Below, in pieces: positions 25,662-39,083 of a stretch of DNA of 64,000 nucleotides (positions are counted from its first letter, which is position 1; each line of letters starts with the position of its first letter). A program made the position numbers and the translations under genes. This DNA is from Bugula neritina (Eukaryota; Animalia; Bryozoa), in assembly GCA_964035545.1 (NCBI GenBank), contig OZ037771.1, positions 13,019,133 through 13,083,132 on the forward strand, in the 5' to 3' direction. A model generated the notes under the pieces. That model ran no database searches, had not been told where the DNA came from, and saw only the letters and a list, made by a program, of their open reading frames with translations.

Positions 25662-28600
25662 CACACACACGCACACACACACACACATCCTTGAACACAA
25701 TTCACTCATCACCACACAAAGTGAGAGGTAAGCCATTCTAACACCAGTTAATATAGTCTCAGCACCATATTATTCCAATAGCTTCAGTACCATAACTCTA
25801 GTATAATACATGGTGGGCATGTTGTTCGTACCTGTTGGCCCAACATTTGAAGCCCTTGATTGTCTGTTATCTGAAATTTGAGGCAGTTTTTGAGATTCAA
25901 CAGGATTTGGAACTTTTCTTTTATTCTGTTTATTTCCGCCTGCAAAGTACAGAGATATAGAAAATTTAATTACTAATAGAAGTTATTGCACCTTGTTTCA
26001 GTTGTGTATTAATTGCTTGAGTTCTACTTTGTTGGTAATTGTTTCAGCTCATTTACACTTATAATATAACCCATGTTCTATCATATAGGCAGAAAGTGAC
26101 TATTCTCAATTTAAATATAATATATCCATTAACTATACTATGCATACAACACACATATTAGCCACTATATTAATATTATTATTAATAATTATCAGTCAAA
26201 AGGCTTGTAATTGTGATACTGTGCTGTATATTATTCAATCATTGAACTTCTAACATTATTTTATACAAAAAAATGAGAATTATCTGCTCTTTCAGCTTAC
26301 CAGTTTGACTTTTAGTCTCATTTCCAGCATCTATGCTGACCAATTTTTCTAAAAAAAATCAGTTTGTGTTAATGATAACAAACAATTCTTTTCCAGTGTT
26401 CAAAATTATCCTTAAAATAAGCATTTCTGAATTTATTGAATGCATTACTTTTTATATTAAAGGCATAGCAGACTGTTACTAATTAGGTCTACACTCAAGA
26501 TATGCACTGCGCAGCTAAGTAGATGAAAATAACTCTTTATTATTGTTAGATGCAGTGCCAGTATATTAATTGATAAAAATAATTATTGTATTTGAATAAA
26601 TTTCTTGAAGAATATGCTTTGCATTTTATTATTAGAAAGGGCAGCGCTTAGTCATACAATACCTCCGACAGCAGTGGAGTTTGCCGACGTTGTGGTACGA
26701 GCTCTGTCTTGTGATTCCTCCACCTGATTGGCTAATCTTACTGCCGACATGTGGTAGTGGGAATCGTCTTCTTCTGTAATGGTGCTGTCTGGCTTAGCAC
26801 CTTTGCTAGCTGCATGGTAGAATATTGGGTTCATATAAATTGCATGTACATGTAGAGATGCTATATGCTATTTGCATTATATTATACAATTGTTGATTTA
26901 TACTGTACCAAAACTAGATTATGTAATAATACCTGTTTATTGAAATATTTTTAATTGTAGTACATTGCTATGAAGAGCTCAAAGCTATCAAAAAAGCTGA
27001 AATAAACAAATATGACTCATTATCAGGGTGTAGATAACTCTTAAAATATTTAAGAAATTCAACTCAAATAATGATTATACTCAAAGTAAGGTATTTATAG
27101 TACTAATAGTAGTTACTAAAACTTAAAGCTAGCAATGATTGAGTTAAAACTAACTGCTCCTGATTTTGTTTCTAATTTGTTTTTATTGTCACAGGATGTA
27201 TTTTAATGGCTAATATGCTATATATAACCAAGTATGGTTTTAGATGATATGTTACTACCAACTATATTATTGGCTAATATATTGTAACCAAACATGTAAT
27301 TGGTTAAGGCATCAATGGTTGACAGCAAATGTAGTTCCATGCACACCTGAACATGTAGGAAATGGGGAAACACAGGGAATTTCTCTCTATATGTGTAAAT
27401 ATAAACTCGATTTAATTTTGATGCTTTTGAAAATCCTATTGAAGCTAGCTGATGAACAAAGACTCAAAGACAAAAGCTTTTACTAAATTCAAAGTATTAG
27501 ATTACCATTGGCTATTTTTACAGTAACTGCTGTTAATTTTTATTCGATATATCAAAAAGCTCTCAATCTAAAACTATGTACATTAAGAAAATCAATTCAG
27601 CAAGCAGTGAATGCACCTAAAGATAACGTGAGCTAAGCAAACATTTTATAATTACTGAAAGTGATAATATTTTTACTGCATTGTAAACTATGAATAGAAC
27701 AGCATGTTAATGTTTATGTTTTGCATAAAAGCTGCAAGCATGTTAAAATTTTAAAAAGCCATTGAAGCAACAGGCCTAATAGCCAATTATGTAGGAAGGT
27801 TAAGTAAATTCATACACATATCAAACCTTTTGGTAAGTCTTAACTTACTTCTTTGTGAAAATCCAGCAATTTTGGCTCTGCTTTTGCCTGCTTTACTGGT
27901 AGGATTATTGATGGACTTGAAGTACTGCTTTGGAGGAACATGAAGCCTATCTGAGGGTAGAATCATAAAGGATCTGTCTGGGGACTTTTCTTGTGTCGGA
28001 GTTGACCGCCCATTCATCCTGGACTGGGAATACCCATCAACAAGCACTCCTATACCTAACAGCAAAGATGGAATTCTTCCTAATAACTTCCTGGAAATGT
28101 AGCATTTGACACTCAAAGTCGATATAGAAATATTTCTACTTAGAGCATATAGTTAGCTGATTTTTCAGCAATTTTCATGTATCACTTATGGCATGTAACT
28201 TTTTCCATTAAGATATCTTGAAATACAACACTTGTAGACAACTTCTGATGTAAATAAAAAGCATAATGGCAATGTATCCACTTTCGAAAGTTTTTAAAGC
28301 TCAATTTAAGAAAACCTTTCCAATAACTTCTACTCACCAACCAATGGCCCACTCATGGTGATGTAAGGCCTGCGCTTTAGGGTAGACTTGGCAGGCCCAT
28401 GGTTGTGGTAATGTCGGTCTTTCGCTCTTTCACACCAGTTCTTCAGCTTTGCATAGATATTAAGTGGAAGAGAGATTCCATCCGAGACAGGTCCGTACTA
28501 CAACAGTGCATCTGGGTTACAGTATTAAAGATAAATAAAAGTCATATAACAATATTTGTTTCCTAATTTACTGATCACCTTTGAGTCTAAATTCTCTTCA

Positions 28601-31600
28601 TATGAAAAAAACATGGTAAATAATTCAACAAAGAAAACAATTTTTAAAAATAAACAATTCGAGTCTCATGTATATGCTAATATTCTTTTTAAAATCATCT
28701 TGGCAAAATTATCCGCCAAGAAACAGAGTTTTGTACAAGTATTGTAAGCCTGAGCTGTCATTTTATTTCAGATTTAGGAGTTTTCTTACCTGAATTCTGC
28801 TCCATTGTTTTCCCAGAAGAAATCCTGCTGTTGCTCTCTGTTTACCCATGAGAGCGACTTGGAAAGGGGTTTTGTCGAATGCGTTCTTGCAAGTGATGGC
28901 TGTAATGTTGTAGTTTACCAGCGCCCTCATTAGAGCCGTCTGTAAACATTCACGTAGAAAATATATCTTCACAAGTAATACAATATTGTCAGAGTTTAAA
29001 AAAGTATGTGGTGAAGCATCATGAAAATATATAAAATTCAACAAAATATAGCACTATTCAAGATAAAGAAATTTTAAGGTTTTTGAGTAGCAATAAAACC
29101 TACAAAAGAATGCATTAAAATAATATAGGCTCAGTAAATCTAAAATTTACAAAACAATATACACATATTGCTTAATCAAAGCATTGCAAAAAAAATAAAG
29201 AAGTACTTCAAAATCTATTGACTGCTTTAAAACTTTGTTTTTTACGTTAATATTTTTTGCATATGAAAACAAACTATGAACTTTGATAGACTTTAGACTG
29301 ATTTCTTATACTCCGTGATATTATTATAGTATTGCTAGTAGACACTTACTTGTCCTTGTTCCCCACACTCGTGGATAGGGGGCTTTAGGCTTTCCGTGTG
29401 TGGAGTTACATTACACCATACTCTGTAAGGGTGGTATCCTACCGGATCATCTGCCCTCACTCCTTGTTTCATTAGATTCAAGGCTAAGTCTACATGGCCA
29501 CAGTGGCAGGCTATATGCATCGCTACCTGGGAATAAAAGGGTAGAAACTTAGTCTACGCATCTTTTACTTTGCATGGACGATAGGTAAAACAAATATGAC
29601 GTGCACCATGTTGTTGTTCACTTGTTTATGCCACTAAAATTGCACCTCACAGGCTGGACAAGTATCCAAAGTTATACAAGTCTCAAGAGAGCCCTCAATA
29701 TTCTACTTAAGCAGCTGATGGTGACGACTTTGAAACCATAGCAGAGGTTATATTATGTAGAGTTGGAGCTAATATAACGCACTTTCATTTGATACTTGGA
29801 CACAGCCTCGTCATCTGAAAGTTGAGCAAATACGTGAGACGTGTATCCCATCATGCATAGGTTCAGGAAGTCAGTCCAGCCATCCCAAGTGTGTAGGTTT
29901 ATTGTATCTCCTGCAAAAGAGAATCAGTTTTCATTACCGCTCTGTACATTGTACAGTATATTTAGAGTAGGGTAGAGTAGAGTAGAGTAGAGTAGAGTAG
30001 GGTAGGGTAGGGTAGGGTAGGGTAGGGTAGGGTAGGGTAGGGTAGGGTAGAGTAGAGTAGAGTAGAGTAGGGTAGGGTAGGGTAGGGTAGGGTAGGGTAG
30101 GGTAGGGTAGAGTAGATTAGGATAAGATTGGGTGAAATTCCTCCTTTGCTCTTGTGGAAGACTCGTTTCAAAAACTGTTCAGACATAGTGATAAAACAGT
30201 GGTGTTAGTGTCAGACATAATAGCAACTTTACATGAATACAATGCTAAGTCAATTGGGCATAAATGAACAAATAGCAGTAATAGCTCTATTGTAATATTA
30301 TACTATATCAGCATAGTTACTAGAACTCTCTTCTTTCATGGTTATATGAAAGAACAGCAGAATATTGTAAACTCTCTCACAAGCCTACCAATTTCTAAGT
30401 CATATCTGTCCAGAGTGTGCTGGTCGAAAAGTTCCTGACCATCGGAGGTAGTTAGTCTGAAAACACCAACCGGCAGGCCAACTAGCCTGGTCACAATGGT
30501 CCTGAGGTCCGCCACTGTGGTCTTCAAGATTTCTATACTCTCATCCATTATTTTTAACTAAAGTTTATATATATTCGACTTAATATTAAAAAGTGAAGAA
30601 ATATCACTGCTGGTAACTTTTGTTATGCAGAAGTTAATCAGAGCTCAAAAGGAGCACAAAATCTTTATACTTGAGTAGCGCCAACTCACATTAGATAACA
30701 TGTAAGTTATAGCAGAAAAGTTAAAGCATGACTGAATAAAACCCCAAAAGTAATAATTTTGAAAACAGCGGTTAAGATTAACTTAGGCTTTGAAGCCCAA
30801 GATATAAACTTAGATTGTGAACTTCATGAATGGAATACAGAAACTAACCAACAAAAGTGTTTTATTCTGCGGTGCCCCTCACAAGGCCGTTTGATGTGTT
30901 GTACTACCAGAGACTACAGTAAAGGTAACTCTGGTGGTGCAGAACAAAATATATTATATAATATATTTTAAATGCATACCTTGTCGTTATTGTAAGAGCA
31001 ATACACATATAGCCTCGGTTTCATCTCTTCTCTCTCGCTAATTCTAATGGTAGCCCCAGGGAGCACCCCGATGTCTTGGAAGAGCCAGTCATCTTTTAAG
31101 TCAGCACCCAAATAGTTGAGCACTACTATCTGTGTAAAGAGATAGACACCATCACAACGACAGGTGAATATAGGGGCCACTAAGCAGCCATAAACAAAGT
31201 ACAAAAGTTGATAAACAAAGTATAACATTGTCCACTATAGAGTAGCAATCTTTTGGATACCCTAAAAAAAGAAGTTAGTATAAACAAACACATTGTTGAT
31301 ATAAAGTCTTGTGATATTTGAAGCCTGCCTATTCCACCATTTAGTAGACTTCTTTCTTGAAGTTTATACAATACGAACCTGTATGTGATTGCATTTATCA
31401 AACCATTTGTAGACTTCGTATTCTTCCAAATCTTTTATATGTTTAAGTTTAGGATGTTTACTTAACTGTGTTACCATTATTAGACAATGTTGTCATACAT
31501 TTCCAGCATGCATGACGCTAAATGACATTTACCAACACTGAGTTTTTCTATATATAGCATTCACTTGCTAATAGCCACCCTATCAATACGCAGTATGCAG

Positions 31601-32693
31601 TCTTTTTATGCCATCAAGTTAAATATATATATGTTTGGCAATTGACTTTAATTATAGATGTTGTATAATAACAATACATGATACAAGGTAACAATACATG
31701 CATATTATACTGCCGAGATTTCCCACATACATGAAACCGTATAACGTGTAGATAGATGCTTTATAATTAGCTTTCTTTTGTTTGTACTTTCCATATACTT
31801 ATTGAATATCCATATTTCTATTAAAAATCTATTGTATGAAATGAAAAAGGCAGATCATACTATTTTCATTTGTGTTTGCATAGATACACCCTGACAACAT
31901 TCACAACCCACAAACGTCTCTTCAGATTGGAATATTATATGATAACACTCAAGTTGATGTACCTAACATCAGTAAAATTAATGAATTATTTAGTATTGTT
32001 ATACAGAAAAAAAACATATTATAGCCTACTCATGAGAATTGGAAGTTCTGTCAACAATTCATATTAAATTCAGATTCTTTGCATGATATTAGGAACTAAC
32101 TTAATTATTAAATCTCAGTCAATTTGTGAACAGGCTGATAAACTTTTACCATAATATTAATACTATACTATATAGTGTATTATTACATTAAACTACATTA
32201 CTATATTAGTGTATTAATATATTAAACTATATTATTTTATTAAACTGTATTACTATATTAGTATATTATTATTAAACTATATTACTATACTATATTGTAA
32301 ATTGCTATGTAGCTAGATTATATATATATCAAATAAAACAATAAGAAATAATTTTGTAAAAAAGTGCTCTTCACATGTTGCTAAAAGTGTACTAACACAA
32401 GTTTAATAAAATTAATATCTTGCTCTTTTTCAAAATTGATGGACATCATTTTTCTTAGAAATTTTGACTTTTTACACAAACAATTACGTCTTTTACTAAA
32501 TTATTGGCATTTCAACTCTTTCAACTGAAGGCTAGTAATTCTGATGAAATACCTTTCTTGTGTCTTTACCGTCATTCTGCCCGAGCAGGAAGCGGTGTTT
32601 GACTTCCTGTCTAATGTCGGCCACTAAGCTGCCGTCTGGTATAAAGTATTCGTGTCTCTCACCATCATAGGCTAGAAACACCCTCAGTGGCAT
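24157..32693 (-). CDS. ANKUB1: Ankyrin repeat and ubiquitin domain-containing protein 1, ~13 exons
   Basis: MPLRVFLAYDGERHEY..., LNYLGADLKDDWLFQDIG, TVADLRTIVTRLVGLPVGVFRL, LHTWDGWTDFL, HIACHCGHVDL, VGYHPYRVWC, CKNAFDKTP and C-terminal AIKCLSIASNFKEKPWLQQV follow the ANKUB1 motif order. Exon bounds in the low-complexity middle are approximate. Confidence 0.92.
25611..25687. repeat. (CACG)n/(CA)n microsatellite
   Basis: Direct inspection. Confidence 0.97.
29963..30116. repeat. (AGTAG/GGTAG)n pentanucleotide microsatellite in an ANKUB1 intron
   Basis: Direct inspection; G-rich runs of GGGTA. Confidence 0.97.
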
Positions 32694-33169
32694 GTTTACC
32701 TGCTCGCAGGTAAATATAGCAAACATGTAGCTGTAGTCATTTCATACTCATAGACAGTATATAGTTAAAAATATTGATGTGTGCCTTTTTCTAATACTTC
32801 CCTAACGTTAATTAGTATAAGTAAGATTAGCTTATTTAATTTAGGCTTTGATTTAAACATCATTTATTGTACGTTGATTTATTTTCTGGGTCGTAACATT
32901 AAAATCAATACCAACAAATTAGCTGCTGGACTAAAGTTAAACATTCATAAACATAACATTGTGTAATTCTGTAGCAAATGCATACGAATTATGTTTCATT
33001 TTACTTGCATTTAAAATTAATATTAAATGCAGTAATCTTCTATATTAGTATTCGTACTTAGTAGCAAGATCATACATTTATGTTAGTTAATTTTCATATA
33101 CTATAATGGCACTATATAGTATAGTACTTATTTAAGATTCATAGCTGATCTGCATTATCAAAATGTGAC

Positions 33170-34110
33170 GTGAAAATAAATAAACAGGAATTAAAAGTAA
33201 AGAACCTGTAAACAATTTTACTCTATTTGAAAATTAATAAAGTTTGTTAATTCTAATACACAAAAGCTACACTTTTCATAAAATACAAATGTTTACAAGT
33301 ACCTTCTTGTCCCTACCTGTTGCTGCGTGTCAATTTACCAACACAATCTCATAACTAACGCTGCCGCTGCAGTTGCTGCCTATACTTTAATCGTGTTGCA
33401 CACAAGACTGACAGCCAGTGTTTCATTTAATAGCTTAACATTTAGCTAAATAGGTAATTGTAAAGGTGCCAAAAAGAATTATGTTTTAGTGTTTAAAATA
33501 CACATCTGCACAAAATATGCATAGAATGGGTTGTACAATAGCATTAGTACGAGAGGCTTTGATGTGTTGGGTTAATGTAACGTAAGTCTCTATTCAACCT
33601 CACTAGTATGTAAGTAATTGAATTAATTCAAGTTAAATCTTATCAAAACAACACCCTTGAATGGCAGCGCAGCAACAGGCAACAGCGCTCAATCAAACGA
33701 AAAAATTAATAAGTTTTAAAATCGGAATGAGGTTGTTAATTGGATTGCAGATAGCTTAGCCTGTTACAAAGCAGGACATACACAGTACTGATCTTAACTC
33801 CCACCAACACAGTTTATGGCGCATTAGTAAAATCATTTTATAACTTTATATCTTATCATTTGCAATGCATAGTGGTAATGGCTTGTCTTGCAGACACTGA
33901 ATACTTTTATGAGTACGTGAATGTCCACTTATATAATAAAAAGTGTTGTGAAGTTCCCATGGTTACAAAGTTGGTTTACAGAACTTGTTTGTTACTTACC
34001 AAAGTGCTGCATCTATCAGTTTCCGGTTCTTCTAAGAAAGCAGACGTCATATCCTCAGGTATGACTCATTTAGCCTTTCTGAAGTCAAAAGCAGACGTCA
34101 ATCTCACCTT
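33170..34110 (-). promoter_or_regulatory. Putative ANKUB1 promoter/5' UTR region with X-box and forkhead sites
   Basis: X-box GTAACCATGGGAAC on the minus strand at 33953-33966; forkhead GTAAACA (~33208) and TGTTTAC (~33290); duplicated AAGCAGACGTCA (CRE-like), TGACTCA and TTCCGG at 34020-34102. Confidence 0.5.
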
Positions 34111-34930
34111 TATGCAGCAGATCAAATTTATTAGCAAATGGTGTTGATACAACTCTCAATTTTGCTATACTATAAAATAGAACATTCTAGAGTATATATT
34201 TACAGTTAAAGCTAAAGAAGTGCGTGTTCACCTCTTAATCAGGTTCATCACGAATGAAAATAAATATTGTCAATTAGTAGTCCTTGAGATATGGTATAGC
34301 TAAACGCATGACATTAATATTATTGATGACGAAAGTGCATTCTTTATGGTGGAAATTCTTTTTATAAACAAATAAAAAGACAGGAAATACTGGAAAACAG
34401 CTGAAAACTCTACAATTAAGACCATCAATAACATATGAAAAGAGCTTACAAAGAAAATATTGTTTTAGTGTAAAATGGACATGCTGTTAATAGCCCACGT
34501 AATATAGTATCTACATGTACATGTCTTTGAGTTGCATGTTTTAGCATTAATTGTTCAATAATTGCTGTCAATAATAATAATGTGCACAAGCAGTAATTTG
34601 TAAATCTACCCAATTATATAACAACATAACATCCTATATTATAATTAAATAGCAAGATAGCATAATCATATATATGTAGGCCTATATGAAATTATTTTAT
34701 GTTGTGTATTATCCCTTTTACCTGTACTTGAACAGGTTGTACCCGTGCATTGGCCATATATTGCAGGTATCACATGATCTCAATAATTGCTGTATATGAA
34801 GCTCTAATAACTGTAGAAACCATCACTGCAAAGCAGTAGGCCTATAGCTCAGATTTGTTCAAAGTCTCTATCTCACTGATGAAGATTTTTAAGGAGTGTA
34901 TGCGATAGAACTGAAGCAATATTACTAATA

Positions 34931-35005
34931 TGGCTCTGCCGGTATTGAACCCGTGACCTAGCTTTTACAAGGTCATCTAGTGCTCTGACCAGTAGACCAC
35001 TGCTG
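34931..35005 (-). pseudogene. tRNA-like sequence (tRNA pseudogene or isolated SINE head)
   Basis: Minus strand: GTGGTCTACTGGTCAGAGCAC (A box-like) ... GGTCACGGGTTCAATACCGG (B box/T loop) ending in CCA; acceptor stem does not pair well. Confidence 0.5.
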
Positions 35006-35226
35006 TTTTCTTGCTAGATATTATTATACGGTTGTATAAATTTGTGCTACTTGGGCTGGTTTTGGCAATCACACTCATTATAATCACTCTTAGAGATATA
35101 CAATAAAGTACCCCACCAGCAAAACAATTGCACAAAGTGCCAATAAGAATAATGAGTATTGAAAATAATGTTGAATTAGTAAAATAATAAGAAACGAAAA
35201 ATTAGCAAGATGATATCAACTAGGTA

Positions 35227-35410
35227 ATAGCTGTGGTGCAGTGGTTAAAGTGATGGCCTGATAAAACATAAGGTCAGCGGTGATGTTAGGAAGAGCATCC
35301 AGTCATAATTGCTCCTGTGTCACATATGAATAAGTCCTTAGCCCAATTTAAAAAAATCCTATTTCAACAGGGGGCTCCACAGAGATAGTGACTATAAACT
35401 CACGTTAGTG
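35227..35410 (+). mobile_element. tRNA-derived SINE copy with internal deletion over the B box
   Basis: GTGGTGCAGTGGTTAAAG head followed by GGTGATGTTAGGAAGAGCATCCAGTCATAATTGCTCCTGTGTCAC core and tail. Confidence 0.85.
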
Positions 35411-36394
35411 AGCAAAGAATAACAAATGTGGAATTAGCAAAAGCATATCAACCAAACTGATGTTACATTGTAGTACATTATCATTATACAAATAGTAGTT
35501 TTTCTATCAAGAAACAAATAAAATGTCTTAAGAAAATTGCAATTCCCTAGAAACTAGTGCATCTTACCTGATAGAATGATAAAAATAATATTCATGGTAA
35601 CAAATCCATCCGAATATAAAGTTACAGTATATTAAGTCTCATATCTTCACCTACTGATCCACATATAGTATATATTCCTACAACTCCAAATATGTGTGCT
35701 GTCTACTACACATATGAATACAGTATATCAGGTACTTGCAGGTGTCAGAAATAACTAATGTTTTATATTTAGACAGTGAGTTTCTAATTGACATCTTTTC
35801 ATCTTTTATACTGACCATTATTGTCTATTACAAGTGTCAATAACTAATATTCTATACACAATCCAAAACATGTTTTCAATTGATTGTTTAACTGACATTG
35901 AGTTTGTTTTTATCTGAGTTGCAAAATATATTATGCGTAGAGAGGCATTCTAGCAGTCATAAGTTTTAAAACGCCTGCTTTAATTTGTTAGAAATTAGTT
36001 TCATAAAATTATTATTGTGATCAGTTTATTGGTTTTGATTAAATTTGCTCCACCAAGATTAATTTGGGAAGTTATTTGCATAATACAGGCAGCAAGTAGT
36101 ATTTGGTGAGCGTTTGTATAGCAACTTTTATTACAGGTTTGATTAAATAAACTTTGCATGGACTGTATATTCAAGGAAACTGGTAGCAATAAACAAACAA
36201 TTTCTTTTCCCTTATATAAACATGATTAAAATATCCCTCATCAAATGTGCTGTGCAACCTTAAAATCACCAAACTTCACTCCAGCAGTTAAACTTCTTTG
36301 TTGTAAATCTTAGCTGCTAGTCAACCGACTGTATAGTTGTTATATAAGTAATCCACCAGGTTTGACTATAGTTATCCTCTATTTCTGTCCTTCT

Positions 36395-36712
36395 GGTAGA
36401 AATAATGCTACATACTGTTCTTGCAGGTAGAAATATTGCTACATACTGTTCTTGCAGGTAGAAATAATGCTACATACTGTTCATGCAGGTAGAAATAATG
36501 CTACATACTGTTCTTGCAGGTAGAAATAATGCTACATACTGTTCATGCAGGTAAAAATAATGCTACATACTGTTCATGCAGGTAGAAATAATGCTACATA
36601 CTGTTCTTGCAAGTAGAAATAATGCTACATACTGTTCTTGCAAGTAAAAATAATGCTACATACTGTTCATGCAGGTAGAAATAATGCTACATACTGTTCT
36701 TGCAAGTAGAAA
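36395..36712. repeat. 31-bp minisatellite (~10 copies), intergenic
   Basis: Unit GGTAGAAATAATGCTACATACTGTTC(T/A)TGCA. Confidence 0.95.
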
Positions 36713-37122
36713 TGATGTAATGGCTGGGTATACAGACACTTGCGTATAAAGCGTGACTGTGTTATAGTCGTGAGAGTATTATGACATATTCTTTTTGTGA
36801 CACTCAGGCTAACATTCCGAAATGCTGCGCAGGGTACTCACTAGCCAATCAGATGACACCTTCCCCTTATAAGGAAAGCCTTCCAGCGCCCAGCCTCATT
36901 CTACTTGTGGATTAGTACCACGCTCACTCTCTTATGTAAATCTCTGACTTATATGTTCTTTTATTAGATGTAAACTTCTTTCATAATTACTGTTATAAAA
37001 ATACTTGTTCGTCTAACTTTACCAACTACTTGGTTCTCTCACGGAAACCTCGTACAAGACTATGCCCTAGTAGTCTAAGCACACAATAAACCACACTTGT
37101 AGTAACTAGCAAAACTACAACA
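36713..37122 (+). mobile_element. Possible solo LTR (~410 bp)
   Basis: TG(A)TGTA...TACAACA termini with internal CCAAT (~36845), TATAA (~36868) and AATAAA (~37086) in LTR order; no matching TSD found. Confidence 0.4.
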
Positions 37123-37408
37123 TTACTATGCTGTACTGTCACTTCATAGAGAAACTGTGTCATATCTCGTCGCTATAGTAGATTTTATTTTATAAGTAAA
37201 TAATTAATGAAGAATTGCAGAAAAAGGTAATTAATACAATTTATATTTGGCATAATTATTAGCATTCGGTTTTACCTCCATGTTTAATTATTTGTACACT
37301 TTATTGTTTGTATTTATGACACTATCATGGCACAAATCATCTTAATTTAACTTACGTATGCTTTCTACTGTTTTTTACAAATAAACTTGCAAACAAATGA
37401 ACCCATCA

Positions 37409-37539
37409 CCCCCCCCCCCCCCCCCCCCCCGAGACCAGTTAGATTCAAGCTGTGAATTTTTCTTATGTAAATCATTGAAATTATTTTAAATATTGTAGTT
37501 TATTAAATAAAATTTTCCGGGGGGGGGGGGGGGGGGGGG
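37409..37539. repeat. Inverted homopolymer pair C22 ... G21
   Basis: C run at 37409-37430 and G run at 37519-37539 with an 88-nt AT-rich spacer. Confidence 0.9.
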
Positions 37540-37901
37540 AACCATAACTTGAAACATGTGCATTTAGGTAGACATGAATTTATCACAAGGAGAAGACAAC
37601 TCTCAAGCTAAATACTGTGTGCAAAAGGTACGCATCAGTATTTCAGTCTGATGCCAAGTTTCAAACAACTTGCCAGGCTGCACTCAGTATATACTATGTT
37701 GAATGTTTCTTATATTACTATACTATTTTAAAACATGCTTTATTACATTATTCACTATAATGTATACTATGCTACATTATCTTATACACATACTATACAA
37801 TATTACAATACATACTACATTACAATATATTATGTAAACCATACTATAATAATAATACTACATATTGTACTATAGTATATCCTATACTATAATATATAAA
37901 A

Positions 37902-38116
37902 GGAGCAGCCTTGGGTTAGGGGTTAGATCGTTTGCCTATTAAACACGAAGTTACGGGTTCGAGCCACAACAAAAGCAATTGGTGATGTTAGGAAGAGCAT
38001 CCAGTCATAATTGCTCCTCTGCCTCATTTAAATAAGTCCTTAGCCCAATTAACAAAAAACCCTTTCCATCAGGGGTTTTCTCACAGGAATGATGACTATA
38101 AACTTGCGTGTGTGTG
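37902..38116 (+). mobile_element. tRNA-derived SINE, full length, with target-site duplication
   Basis: GAGCAGCCTTGGGTTAGGGGTTAG (A box-like), GGGTTCGAGCC (B box), core, (TG)n tail; ATACTATAATATATAA on both flanks. Confidence 0.9.
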
Positions 38117-39083
38117 TTTTTATATACTATAATATATAATACAATAGAATCTATACTACAATATATTATACTAAAACATACTATTAATATATTATACATA
38201 TGCACTATACAGCAATGACATGAGTCTTGGTATGCTTACTAACGATTCTAATTTTAAAAACAAAAACCTACACCACAAATATATTAATTAGTGATTAAAC
38301 TACCTTTGCAAAGTGTAGCAACTCTTGTCTCTAAACATTATATATTACTACTTTTTTGTGTGCATTCATTGCAGTTATACTCTACACTTTATTAACCATC
38401 CAGTTTAACTATTATATCTTGACAGTTCTATGGTGATCGAATGTTGAATTGACTGCTATTAAATTTCATAACACTAAACAATACTGGTGCTTCTAACATG
38501 ACATGTTTTCATCTCATCAAAGATATATGCAGTAAGTCAACAAGACTGAGTTGTGCAAGTTGTGAAGAAATGCATTTACTTATAGTTGTTAGCATTAAGT
38601 ATGAGCGGAATACCAAGTTAGCCAATCAAACAACTACAACAGTATACGACTGGTAGAGCCATATACTAACAGAAGATAAATGTGTGTGCCCATACAGTAG
38701 CATAGTTAGCTGTGGGGTGTTCAACTACTTAATCAAGTATAATTAGCAGACTGATGCGGAATTAAACAGTAGAATAAATAGATTTTCAAGACGAGGAACT
38801 AACATGGCAGAAAGTTATCAACGAAGTCTAGAAATGATAGACACCAGGTGTACACGTAGTATCTGAAGACATCAAATAGGGTCTAAAGACATCAAATAGG
38901 GTGTGAAGTTACAGGAGAAAGCCAGCTTAGCAATACCGTCATCATATCCCACTTTGTTACAGAGATTTGCATTCATGCAACACTTAGCATGCTATAATTG
39001 TTGCCATTTGCACAGAATCATTGGACACAGAGGGGAGTAAATTTGTAAGGTCAGCATGTGCAGCAAGTGAACAGTTTCAGATT

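Noticed and set aside
29963-30116. Interstitial telomeric repeat
   Set aside because: Units are GGGTA/AGAGT pentamers, not TTAGGG or TTAGG.
34931-35005. Functional tRNA gene (also the SINE heads and 61660-61730)
   Set aside because: Acceptor stems do not pair and no complete cloverleaf can be drawn.
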